64,000 nt of DNA from Somniosus microcephalus (taxonomy: Eukaryota), in assembly GCA_052327205.1 (NCBI GenBank), contig CM126204.1, positions 130,386,001 through 130,450,000 of the forward strand, read 5' to 3'. Below, one piece after another: positions 13,421 to 24,788 of this stretch (positions are counted from its first letter, which is position 1; the number at the start of each line of letters is the position of its first letter). Under the pieces are notes generated by a model. The model saw only the letters and a list, made by a program, of their open reading frames with translations. It searched no databases and was not told where the DNA came from. Position numbers and translations under genes: made by a program.

Positions 13421-13867
13421 GACAATGACTCCGCCCCTGGGATTTTGGGGATGGGTATCTAGCATTGGGCTTGGGTGGACAGACACTTGCACCAGTGGAG
13501 CAAGCCTCCAGGAATTTTGGGGCCAAGAACTGTAACACTCTTGGTTATATATTTTTTTCTGTCCCTGGAGCACTAATATCCCTATTTTCCGTGTTTATTT
13601 ATGTTGGCATTTTTCCATGTGAAACCTAACCTGTTTTCCGCTGGGAACAAGCTTTCACTATTGGGGATATTAATCAGTTCTGGGATCTGTGTACAGAATA
13701 TTTTTGAACCATTATTATTACAAGGATACTATCTACAGAACTGGTCAAAAATATAAATATCATGAAATGGCAATGTTCTCAAGAGATCCCCAGATTCACT
13801 CTCTATTGTTTCTGTCATGTGAAGTACTTTGGCAAGACTTTACCTCCACCTGACCATAATATACATG

Positions 13868-14090
13868 CAAACAAAAGCAAAATACTGCGGATGCTAGAAA
13901 TCTGAAATAAAAAGAGAAAATGCTGGAAATACTCAGCAGGTCAAGCAGCATCTGTGGAGAGAGAAACAGAATTAACATTTCAGCTCAATGATCAGTTCTG
14001 ACAAAGGGTCATCGACCTGCAACTTTAACTCTGTTTCTCTCTCCACAGATGCTACCTGACCTGCTAAGTGTTTCCAGCATTTTCTGTATA
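13868..14090. mobile_element. Inverted pair of Penelope-like terminal repeats (hairpin)
   Basis: aatgctggaaatactcagcaggtcaagcagcatctgtggagagagaaacaga is followed by its reverse complement tctgtttctctctccacagatgctacctgacctgctaagtgtttccagcatt. Confidence 0.75.
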
Positions 14091-14431
14091 TCTAATATAC
14101 ACATATGCAAGTTGTGCAAAGATAATTTTTATTCAGCTAAATGTTACATGAAGGGAATTAAATTTTGCAAGACTTGCTAGACTCGCCTCCTCATTGAATA
14201 TTACTTGTTAACCAAGACACGGTGGCCCACCATCTTTAATAAGAATCATTTTTGTACATACTGAATGCTAAATAAGCACAACCTGTCCCAGCAAATGCCA
14301 TCTTACACACTCTCTTCCTCCCCCATGCACCCTCATTGTGTTGGAATAGAACCTTAACGGATCATCCACTACTGTAAGTTATTCTTTCCCAGGACTTAAA
14401 ATCTGCAGAACTCCTAACCTCCCTCAATCTT

Positions 14432-15392
14432 ACAAAAGCAAAACACTGCAGATGCTGGAAATCTGAAATAAAAACAGAAAATGCTCGAAATACTCAGCAG
14501 GTCAAGCAGCATCTGTGGAGAGAGAAACTGCGTTAACGTTTTAGGTCAAGGGCCTTTTGTCAGATACTTCAGTCTTTGCTTTCTCCTTTATAGGTTTGTA
14601 AAATCCAAGTTTGGCATCATCTGCTCACTACTTCTTGTTTCATCTCATCTTTTATTTAATTATTGGCATTGTCCTTCAGTATGGGACTCAGCCATTTACC
14701 TCAATTACATTTTAAAGAAACCTTGCTTGAGTTTCAGTGTGTCCTATTGCATCAAATTTCTGAACCACCTTAAAGAAAGCATGACAAAGGAGCGGGCGTC
14801 GCCCTCAGTGTGTACTCAAAAGCGCGGGTGTCGCCCTCAGTCTGTTTTCGGTTTTAGCAAAGAGAGGAGCTGGGGCAGCCATCTCTCAAGAGAATGTAAT
14901 AAAAGCCATGTGTTCCTCAGATCGGTTCGGCCTCCATTCGTGTTCCGCGGCAGCCGCAACAACCTCATCTTTCAATCAGGAACTTTACAGCCTTCCGGAC
15001 TCAACATTGAGTTCAACAATTTCAGATCATAACCTCTGCCCCCATTTTTTCAGACGGCAGCTGTTGTTGATGACTGCTATTCACACTTTCAGCTCCTCTA
15101 GACTCATCTTTTGTTTCTTTACTTGTCCCATTACCATCTCCTTTTGCCTTGCACTATCATCCTTTTTTCATTTAAACTCTCCTGCCTTCCATCCTATCAC
15201 AGACCTTCCCTTTTGTTCTCTCCTCCCCTCCCCCCTTTCCCTGCCTGTGTACTTGCTTAAAACCCGTTACATCTCTAACATTTTCCAGTTCTGACGAAAG
15301 GTCATCGATCTGAAACGTTAACTCTGTTTCTCTCCCCACAGATGCTGCCTGACCTGCTGAGTACTTACAGCATTTTCTGTTTTTATTTTATA
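14432..15392. mobile_element. Penelope-like element: inverted terminal repeat (14432-14563) plus 3' end (about 14960-15392)
   Basis: LIFQSGTLQPSGLNIEFNNFRS* ends at 15032, followed by a pseudo-LTR with ctgacga..gaaac at 15291-15316; an inverted copy lies upstream. Confidence 0.75.
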
Positions 15393-15821
15393 AGAAATAA
15401 ATCCCCAGTTATCCAGTTTTAATGATTAATGCATTGCCTAATGTTCCCTGGAGTAAGCAGCACATTTCAGAACTCTAATCACTTCTGTGTAAAATATGTG
15501 TTTTTGTTAAGTGTTTTCTGTTGCCTTTGTTAACACTGAATTGCTGAATGAATGATTAAAGGGGCAGTGATAGAAAGATTTCCCAATTGACTATCTTTAT
15601 CTGCAGTTTGTAATCTTAATCCATGTATAATATTTCTCAGCAAACATGTTAAGTGCTTATCACGATATGATTGCAGCAGTAAATATATATGGAATTCAGT
15701 CTATATGCAGGGGATATATTGAATGAAACTGGTTCTTCAACCAGTATCTGCTCAGTTTTAAGCTTACCAAAGTTAACTTAGCCACTAAGGTGCATTTACA
15801 TTACACGTTCAGTTTTGATGC

Positions 15822-16087
15822 AGGGTCGGCCATTTAGGACTGAGATGAGGAGAAATGTCTTCACTCAGAGAGTTGTGAATCTTTGGAATTCTCTACTGTG
15901 GATGCTCAGTCGTTGAGTATATTCAAGGCTGAGATCGATAGGTTTTTGGACTCTAAGGGAATCAACAGATATGGGGATAAGGCGGGAAAGTAGGGTTGAG
16001 GTAGAAGATCAGCCATGACCTTATTGAATGGCGGAGCAGGCTCGAATTGCCGTATGGCCTGCTCCTGCTCCTATTTCTTATGTTCTT
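15822..16087 (+). mobile_element. CR1 3' end
   Basis: FRTEMRRNVFTQRVVNLWNSL coding sequence plus the CR1 3'UTR and tail. Confidence 0.85.
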
Positions 16088-18564
16088 AAAGCAGTTTCCG
16101 ATTCATGCCGACATTAAACTTGTACATCTGGTTTGAAGGCCTGAACCAAGTTCGAAGTGAAGTGGAGTGAGACTGCCACCTCCAGATGGTCTTGCTCTGT
16201 TTCGCTCTGGTATCAGGTGGGGTCTTGACAACTGATTCAAGCTGCATTGACACTATAGCAACACCACAGTTGGAGTGTGAATGCACCGTTAGGGAATCAA
16301 GAAATGGTGCCAAGAATAGCTAAGATGATGGGGAGAGAATTACTTGTGATTGTATAAGAGCATATGACATACACTGAAGTCATAAACTGTACACTAGAAA
16401 TACCTTGATTAGAGATTAAAATATGTGCATGGAAAGAGATGTCGAGAGAACGGTCGAACCCAGAAATCTCTACTTCCCACTAAGTTAGCCCACCAAAAGG
16501 TATCAACTGACCTTTCACAGTGAGTATAGGAATGTTCCCATCAACCTTATGGATTCCTCAATTCTAATTACTTGAGAAAAGCTGTGTCATCTGCACGCCT
16601 GTGTAAGTGATTCTTAGTAGTTACAACAATCTAAAGCACAAACTCAATGAATGAAATTCCATTGCTCCTATTCACTGTCCTCACTGTAAGATGAAGCACC
16701 TTTGACTTATAAATGCTAGCCAAAATATGATAAGCCTTGGCGTCTTCAAAAAAACATCAAAGGTCACAGAACTTTACAGGCCATCCTGTAACAAAGTCAA
16801 GTTGGAGTCAGATTTCTGGCTTTAGTCAATTCCGGTTGTCAAGGTTATGTTTAAAATAAGTACTTAGCTAAATATTACCTTGAAAGCAGGCATGTTGGCA
16901 ATTTGTTTGCGAGGAACGCCTCTGTTCATAATTTAATGTAGCTTCCTGGCAGCTGTGATTTACTGTGACAAATTCATGATTTAATGAAAACACAATGCAT
17001 TTTGAAGAACTACGCTCTAGGCATCATTCTGATGCCAGCATGTACTGACATATGTAATTTTGCTGAACCTTAGTACCAGATTCTCACATGCTTCATCAAT
17101 AGAGATATTAGGCGTTCCTTTTTTATTTGTTCCTGACGTTTAATTGCATCGGAATGAAAAATAAACACAATCAAAGAAATAACAGTGTGGCAATATTACA
17201 TTACACACCAGAAAAATAAATAAAGCAATATTGCAGTTTAATGCTTTTCTGTATGAGCCGCCCTTTAATAGGAAATCACAGTAATGATGATTAATCACAG
17301 AGTGGAATAATTGCAGGACTTACTGGAACAACATTTGGCATACTTAGCAAAACAGCAGATCCGCCTCACTATATATTTCCTTATAAGCAGTCTTGCCCAA
17401 TATTTAAAGGGTCGAGGTAGGATGGCCTTCCTTGAGGAGGTTTCATTTCTCTGTTGAAGTCTCAGTGATTTACAGTAGGCAATATGTTACAGCTTCCTTA
17501 TTTTCTCCTCTGGGATTGTTGCTGACAGTAAATCTCTATTAAAAATATTCTTCCATATGGTTGCATGAAAATTTTATTGCAGCTAGCCTTAGGCTGAAGG
17601 TCACGGCTGAGTAACTGTAGTTAAGTGTAGCAGTTTTTAGACTCGATGAGCGCAGGACTACATCTGTTCACAGGAACAGAAGTAAAATTTTATTGTTAAT
17701 TCGGAGACTTGGAGAATGAATTGCGCACTTTTTAATGGCACCCTTTCTCCTATGGGTAAACGGTGAGACAGTCACATAATAATATGTCAGCGACAATATA
17801 ATGGGGGGAAATTACAGTATCATCATAAATTTAACATAGAGAGGCACCATAAGTACAGAACATCATTTTACTGTTATTGCCCAGCCAATAAACTGAAAAA
17901 TGAAAGTCTGTGATATTAAATGATTGGATTAAGAAAAAAAATACAAGTCTGACACAAAATAAAACTGCAGTAATATTCGAGTGCTGGCAGCATTTCTGTG
18001 ATTTCCCACCTGATGACTATATTACTGACACCTGGGCAATGCCTGGGGCATACCAACCAATCAACAACTGCAAGCTAATACATTTCCTGTTTCTCTGCAT
18101 TCCATCATTATCAATTCCCTGTATAGAATGTAGGTTTGGGTTTGGCAGCCTCAGGATTGAACTCTTTAAGACCTAATGTAGCATTTTTACAAGAATTCCC
18201 CAAATGCTTTGCACGGTTGAAATAGTGTAATATTTCTTGAGGTTGCAATAGACAAAGTTTCATTCTGGAAGAACTTCACTCTGGTTTGCATTGAAGAGAA
18301 GTGAGCTGAGGTCTGAACTGGGACAGTGCAAAAACTAAATGAAAATCTCTATTAATTTGAATCAATTTAGAAGAAAACAACTCATTTGAAAAATTAATTT
18401 TCATTTCTGTAATGATGACAACATTTCTGGATTATTTTAGACCGTCTCCATGCTGCTGTCTCCCACCTATAGCCTCTAAACTAATACATATATAAGCCTA
18501 AAAATTATGTCAGTGTGCTAATCAAGGGTTAACTAAGTGTTGTGTACGGTTTTATATATTACAA

Positions 18565-18675
18565 ATGTCCTACTTTACAACAGTGACTACACTTCAAAAG
18601 TAATTCATTGGCTGTAAAGTGCTTTGGGACATCCTGAGGTTGTGAAAGGCGCTATAGAAAGGCAAGTTATTTCTT
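18565..18675 (+). mobile_element. SINE 3' fragment
   Basis: acagtgactacacttcaaaagtaattcattggctgtaaagtgctttgggacatcctgaggttgtgaaaggcgctatagaaa. Confidence 0.75.
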
Positions 18676-18894
18676 TCTCTTTTTCTTTTCTTTCTTGAAT
18701 ATACTCGTTAACCCATGATTTTGCTGTTTTATTGGAGCTATGCTAAAACATGTCTTAATGCTGGATATCAGGTATGAAGAGTCAGACTAATAATACTGAC
18801 CAGCACTTGTTAAATGCAATAAGTAGCCATTTAAACTCCTGAAATGGAACACGGCAGTGCAGGACCGATGTTAACACAACAACCATCCTAAACA

Positions 18895-19105
18895 ATGGAA
18901 CCTTCCAGAAAGAGAAGAGCTAGCTTCACTGACCTGGTTTTTGGAAGGCCCATTGGAAAGAGTCAGCAAGAGAAACAACCACTCTTATGTCCATCCTCCT
19001 GCCCCAGAAACTCCTGGTACAGTTGCCATGGCAGGAGGTAGCAGAAAAAGTCAACGCTATGCCCAGAGCTTGCAGCACCTGGAAAGATTTTAAGGTGCTA
19101 AGGTA
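18895..19105 (+). pseudogene. Decayed Harbinger Myb/SANT-like exon 1
   Basis: MEPSRKRRASFTDL..LE...WQEVAEKVNA..PR with frameshifts, ending at aag|gtaaat; a second copy lies at 20598-20770. Confidence 0.55.
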
Positions 19106-19154
19106 AATCAACAACACTGATATGTATGATAAACACCTGCCATATTTTGCAGGT

Positions 19155-19790
19155 ATCTGGCCTTCATTACAAGAGGATTTGAGTACAGGAGTAAAGAATT
19201 ATATAGGGTCTTGGTGAGACCACACCTGGAGTACTGTGTACAATTTTGGTCTCCTTACCTAAGGAAGGATATACTTGCCATAGAGGGAGTGCAACGAAAG
19301 TTCACGAGATTGATTCCTGGGATGGCGGGACTGTTGTATGAGAAGAGATTGAGTAAACTAGGCCTGTATTCTCATGAATTCAGAAGAATGAGAGGGGACC
19401 TCATTGAAGCATACAAAATTATTACAGGGCTTGATAGGGTGGTTGCTGGGAGAATGTTTCCCTTGGCTGGGGAGCCTAGAACCAGGGACCACAGCCTCAG
19501 GGTAAAGGATAGGTCATTCAGGACTGAGATGAGAAGAAATTTCTTCACACAGAGGGTGGTGAATCTTTGGAATTCTCTACCCAGAGGGCGGTGGAGGCTC
19601 AGTCATTGGGTATATTCAAAACAGAAGTCAATAGTTTTCTGACTAGTAAGGGCATCAAGGGATATGGGGGTAGGGCGGGAAAGTGGAGTTGAGGCAGATG
19701 ATCAGCCATGATCTTACTGAATGGCGGAACAGGCTCGAAGGGCCGAATGGCCTAATCCTGCTCCTATTTCTTATGTTATTCTGTTCTTGT
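19155..19790 (+). mobile_element. CR1 3' fragment
   Basis: ORF 19211-19642 (VRPHLEYCVQFWSPYLRKDI...FFTQRVVNLWNSLP) plus tail. Confidence 0.9.
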
Positions 19791-19864
19791 ATGTAGACAT
19801 GTCATAAAAGTTACCTCTGTCAAGGATTTTAATACTTTCATGCTGGAAGACACTAATGAAGAGC

Positions 19865-20044
19865 GGGATAGAAATTCGTCTCGGGTGGTGACGCAAAATG
19901 GGCAGTATTGGATTGGCTGCCCATTATACGCAGCATCTGATGTTCAGTTCCATTGCAGCCAACTGAACATCAGGTGCTGCATGTAACGGGCGGCTGATCT
20001 GATACTGCCTGTTTGCACCACTGCCCGAGACAAGTTTCTAGGCC
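19865..20044. mobile_element. Palindromic foldback MITE (Harbinger-like ends)
   Basis: About 180-bp near-palindrome: gggatagaaattcgtctcggg...cccgagacaagtttctaggcc; a related copy is at 28088-28233. Confidence 0.75.
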
Positions 20045-20769
20045 AGTATCTTTCTCAGTGGAGTATTGCCAGAATAGAACCATGATCGAATATTCCTTTG
20101 CATAAATGAGGAAACTTAGGATATATGTTATGGTTACCAGTAGGAAGTACATTGGGAAACAATTCTCTTCAATTTGTAGCATGCATCATGCCCCCAGCTG
20201 TGTAACATATTGAGTGAATTCCCTCAAGGCTGCTTATGTGCACTGGATGCATGGCTGACATTCCCCTAAACAGGGTCTCCACTGCTCTACCGGCAGAGCT
20301 ACGGCAGTGGAGCGGGAGCAGCTCCAAGGAAATTCCCGGCTGCAATCTCTGCTCTTTGTACTTTCAATATTTCTGCCTGTTTTTAACTGCGTGAAGGACA
20401 AGGCGACATTTAATCGGTGGAAACCGAACAGTACCGGTGATGGGTCAAAACGATTCTAGCCCTGACCGCTTAACATCATTGGCTAAGTGCGGAGCTTTGA
20501 GGGAGTGGGGGGATGGTGAAACTGGAAGGTTGTTCTGAGCTCATGGTGAGTACTCTAATGTTAATGTCAGTATAGAGTGTTTACTTTTCTCTTTTCCATG
20601 GAACATTCCAGAAAGAGAAAAGCTAGGTTCACTGACCTGGTTTTTGGAAGGCCCATTGGAAAGAATGAGTGAGAGAAGCAGCCACTCTTATGTCCATCCT
20701 CCTGCCCCAGACATTCCTGGTACAGTCACCAAGGGAGGAGGTGCCCAGAACTTGCAGGACCTGAAAAGA

Positions 20770-21040
20770 TTTAGGACTGAGAGGTGGAGAAATTTCTTCA
20801 CTCAGAGGGTTGTGAATCTTTGAAATTCTCTACCCAAAGAGCTGTGGATGCTCAGTCATTGAGTAAATTCCAGACTGAGATCGATAGATTTTTGGACACT
20901 AAGGGAATCAAGGGATATGGGGATCGGGCGGGAAAGTGGAGTTGAGGTAGAAAATCAGCCAGGATCTTATTGAACGGCAGAGCAGGCTCGAGGGGCTGTA
21001 TGGTCTACTCCTGCTCCTATTTCTTATGTTCTTATGTTCT
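20770..21040 (+). mobile_element. CR1 3' end
   Basis: tttaggactgag..aaatttcttcactcagagggttgtgaatct..; tail (cttatgtt)n. Confidence 0.85.
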
Positions 21041-21894
21041 TTAGCCCCCCTCTCCCTGTCTATGATTTAAGGAAGAAGAATTCACTATCATCTTGCCTTG
21101 TTTGTGTTATTTGTCATCACTCAACTTGAATAACATCACAGAGAATATCATTCAATGAAGTAGTGTTTGATGATGGTTATTTCAGGCAGTGCTTTGACAT
21201 TTTGTGCTTTCTTCTGTTTCCTAAGGAATGGAAGAATAGAGACAGTTCGCAGCCACTGTCCCCGAAAGAGCCCGCACCACAACATCCTGCATCACTTTCA
21301 CTGCCTCTGTAAAGCACCAGCACACCTGGGAGGATGTAGATAGCAAGGTTGAAAAAGTAGTGCGGGATGAATCACAGTGAATGGCTGAGATAGAGCAAGC
21401 GGTGCTGGTGTCGGCTGAAGACCAAGCATCTGTTCACTTGAGATTCAGCATGGTTCCTGCTTCTGAGGGATTTTGCACTCACATAGCTGCTTGCAAATCT
21501 AATACCTGAGTAGGATAAGCTACATAAATCATTTCTGTTTAAGCAACATGTAACTGCAAGGTCTGGGGAAGAGCTTGGAAGTGTCCAAGAACCAAATCTA
21601 CATAGTTATGAGTGAACAGTTGTCTACCCTGCAGTCTGCCTTGGAGCACATGGCAACATCTGTGGCATCTGCGCTGGAACCTTCAGCGGTGCAGTTCATG
21701 TGCAAAGTGAGAGCAACTCTACTGATTGCACAGACTGTTGCTGCAGAGACCTTATGCTCAAATCTTATGCCCAAACTTTCCTTTCTGGCTTCTACGGGTT
21801 GGGAGATTAGAGGGTGACAACCTTGAGGCAGGAATTCACAGACCTGATAGCTGCCTACAGTTCTGCGCTCAGGCAGTTCAGTGGTTATAAAGAA

Positions 21895-22510
21895 AAAAAG
21901 AACTTGCATTTATACAGCACCTTTCACAACCTCAGGATGTTCCAAATGTTATGTCTGACATTGGTGATAGGTACTCGATTGCCTTGGCCTGAGCACATGG
22001 AGTTTGATAGTGCTGTTATCGTTGTATTGTGTCTGACATTGGATATAGGTATTCGATTGCTTTTGCCTGGGAGAGTGTGTTTGGATCAGCCATTAAAAGC
22101 AACATGAACTGAGCTCTGCATACGGCCTCTGGATTATCTTTGCAAACGCAACACCAATGTGCTTTACAGCCAGTAAAGTACTGTTGAAGCATAGTCACTC
22201 TTGTAATGTAGGAGACACGGCAGCCAATTTGCACACAGCAAGCTTCCACAAACAGCAATGTTATATTGACCAGATAATCTGTTTTTTAGTGATGTTGGTT
22301 GAGGGATGCATATTGACCAGGACACGGGGAAGAACTCCCCTGTTATTCCTCAAAATAATACCATGGGATCTTTTACATCCACCTGAGAGGGGAGAGACAG
22401 CACCTCCGACAGTGCAGTGCTCCTTCAATACTGCACTCGGAGTGTCAGCCTGGATGATGTGTTCAAGTGACTCGGAGGCAAGGGTGCTACCACTGAGCCA
22501 CAGCTGACAC
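21895..22510 (-). mobile_element. DeuSINE-type SINE, interrupted at about 21950-22157
   Basis: Tail at 21895-21945; body and head at 22158-22510, reverse-complementary to the 43541 copy. Confidence 0.75.
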
Positions 22511-24211
22511 TGTTGCTGAAGAAGAAGCCAACAGCAGTGACATATCAGATGGCACAGCTGGTCCTGAAGCTGACTGGACATCCAGGTCATCAAGCATTCC
22601 TTTGGAAGTAGCAGTGGAGGTGCCCATAAGCAGACAGGACCAGGGAGCCATCACAACACACACCACACACCACACAAAGGTCTAGAGCCAGCAGCATCCC
22701 ATCTGTGAAACCCTACAGCCAGCCAGCACACTTACTTCTTCCAGAAGAGAAGCACTTAGAAGAAGTAGGTTAGGTGCCACGCATCAGAAATAAATCACAA
22801 GCTCAAAAGGGGAAGCCCCTTCATAAAACACAGTAACCACAGTCAGAAACCACACAATGCATAGCACTTGATTTTGACATTATGCAAAGCATTTATGTGT
22901 CACTGGTTAGAATGAAGCAGGAGACTGGCAGATGGGAATGGATGGTATTTTAAGAACTGTGCAGGAAAGTGTTGGCAGAGATGCTTTGAGGAAGGTTGCT
23001 GAGCAGGTGCAGATTCAGCTTTAAGTATTTATGAATCTTGAATTAGTGCCTGGAGTCTTCCTTGCTGGATTAGTAATTCAGCATTGTTTATCTCAGCCTC
23101 TTGCCTGCCACCACTTCACAACATTGTTCTTCAACCACCCCCCCCCCCGAACCCCCACCCATGTGTACTCTCACTGGAGGGTGAAATATTATGGAATATA
23201 TAGAAATGCAGTAGACGACTATTATCTGTGAGACCCTGGTGGAGGTGGGGGGTGGTGGCTGTACTATAAGGCTCTCCTTGACCAGTCAAGATATTTCAAG
23301 CACTGCTTTAGGATTCCAATGGTATGTTCAATAATTATTCTGATTGCAGCACAGTCCTCATTGTACCTGCATTCTTCATTTATCCATGTCTGGCAAAAGG
23401 GTGCTAGAGGTAGCCATGGTCGCCCATGAGAAAAGATGATTGCCTTAAAATGTGAGTTCTCCCAGGAATTCACCTGTATTATTGTTTGCTCGCTGGTGGT
23501 CACTTACTAACTAGTCGTGGAGAGAATAAAATCCCCTGTGGTTCATGTGGGGCACAGCAGTGTTCCCCGAAGGCCTTGTAAGAAAATTAAAATCTGACAA
23601 ACCAAGTACAGTTGCAATGTAGGCCGTTTAATGTGTTTGACCAAGTCTTTGACACACGCAATGTCTCTAAGCAGTAGGCATAGAGAGAAATAAGCGCAAT
23701 TACCCCGTTTATCCCTGGGAAGTGAGATAACCTACGTCGATCCTTTCGAACCTGATTCTACAAATTGTTAAGGAAAGCTCAAGATCTTCATAGGCCTCTA
23801 GTCACACACAATATCCTAGGTGATTCATTATATCTTGATAACTGTTATTGTGAACAAGGCAATCAGATATGAGGTATTTCCTACAAAACACCAGATGCCA
23901 ACTTGTTTATCATGCTGTCCTATTGTCCCACTTCCAATATCAGGACTGCCTTGGCTAGCTCGTTTCACAATGTGGCCACAAAAATAAGTCAACAGGCACA
24001 AATCACACATCCTGCATTTTCAGCAGAAGCTAAACAGCACAGTCAGCTAAATTGTACCCTGACTCATTAAACCCTAAAGCACCCTGGGAATTAACAACTT
24101 TAACCATTTCATTATTTCTAGCTACAGTACAAATCCACAAGCCATTTATAAGTAAACTAGCTGAACTGCCCGGCGGTGCCGAGGCTTTTTCGAGGGAATG
24201 TTGTTGTTGGA

Positions 24212-24655
24212 AGAGAGAGAGAGAGCGACTGGGGGGAAGAGAGAGCGACTGGGGGGAAGAGAGAGAGCGACTGGGGGGAAGAGAGAGAGCGACTGGGGGG
24301 AAGAGAGGGAGGGGAGGGGTGGGGGGAAGAGAGGGAGGGGAGGGGAGGGGGAGGGGAAGGGAGGGCGGGGAAGGGAGGGAGGGGGAGGGCGGNNNNNNNN
24401 NNNNNNNNNNNNNNNNNNNNNNNNNNNNNNNNNNNNNNNNNNNNNNNNNNNNNNNNNNNNNNNNNNNNNNNNNNNNNNNNNNNNNNNNNNNNNNNNNNNN
24501 NNNNNNNNNNNNNNNNNNNNNNNNNNNNNNNNNNNNNNNNNNNNNNNNNNNNNNNNNNGGGAGGGAGGGGGGGAAGGGAGGGCAGGGAGGGCGGGGGGGG
24601 AAGGGCGGGGGAGGGGAGGGGGGGGATGGAGGGGAGGGAGGGGAGGGAGGGCGGC
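24212..24655. repeat. GA minisatellite (gagagagcgactggggggaa x4) and G-rich low-complexity tract with a 166-N assembly gap (24393-24558)
   Basis: Seen directly in the sequence. Confidence 0.9.
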
Positions 24656-24770
24656 GGTCGCCCCCCCCGAGGGTCGCGGCCCCGAGGGTCGCGACCCCCC
24701 CGGAGGTGAAGACCGCCGATTGCGCGCGCAGCAGGAGCTGAGACGCGGCGTCTCTCTCGGCCGGCGGGCC

Positions 24771-24788
24771 CGGTTGCCATGGCAACCG
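24771..24788. promoter_or_regulatory. Perfect RFX X-box palindrome CGGTTGCCATGGCAACCG
   Basis: Contains the RFX consensus GTTGCCATGGCAAC; a second degenerate copy (cgttgccagggtaacg) is at 24928-24943. Function is untested. Confidence 0.5.

Noticed and set aside
23507-23545. A second Helitron 3' end at actagt
   Set aside because: The sequence is explained as Harbinger transposase coding remnant, and there is no good hairpin.
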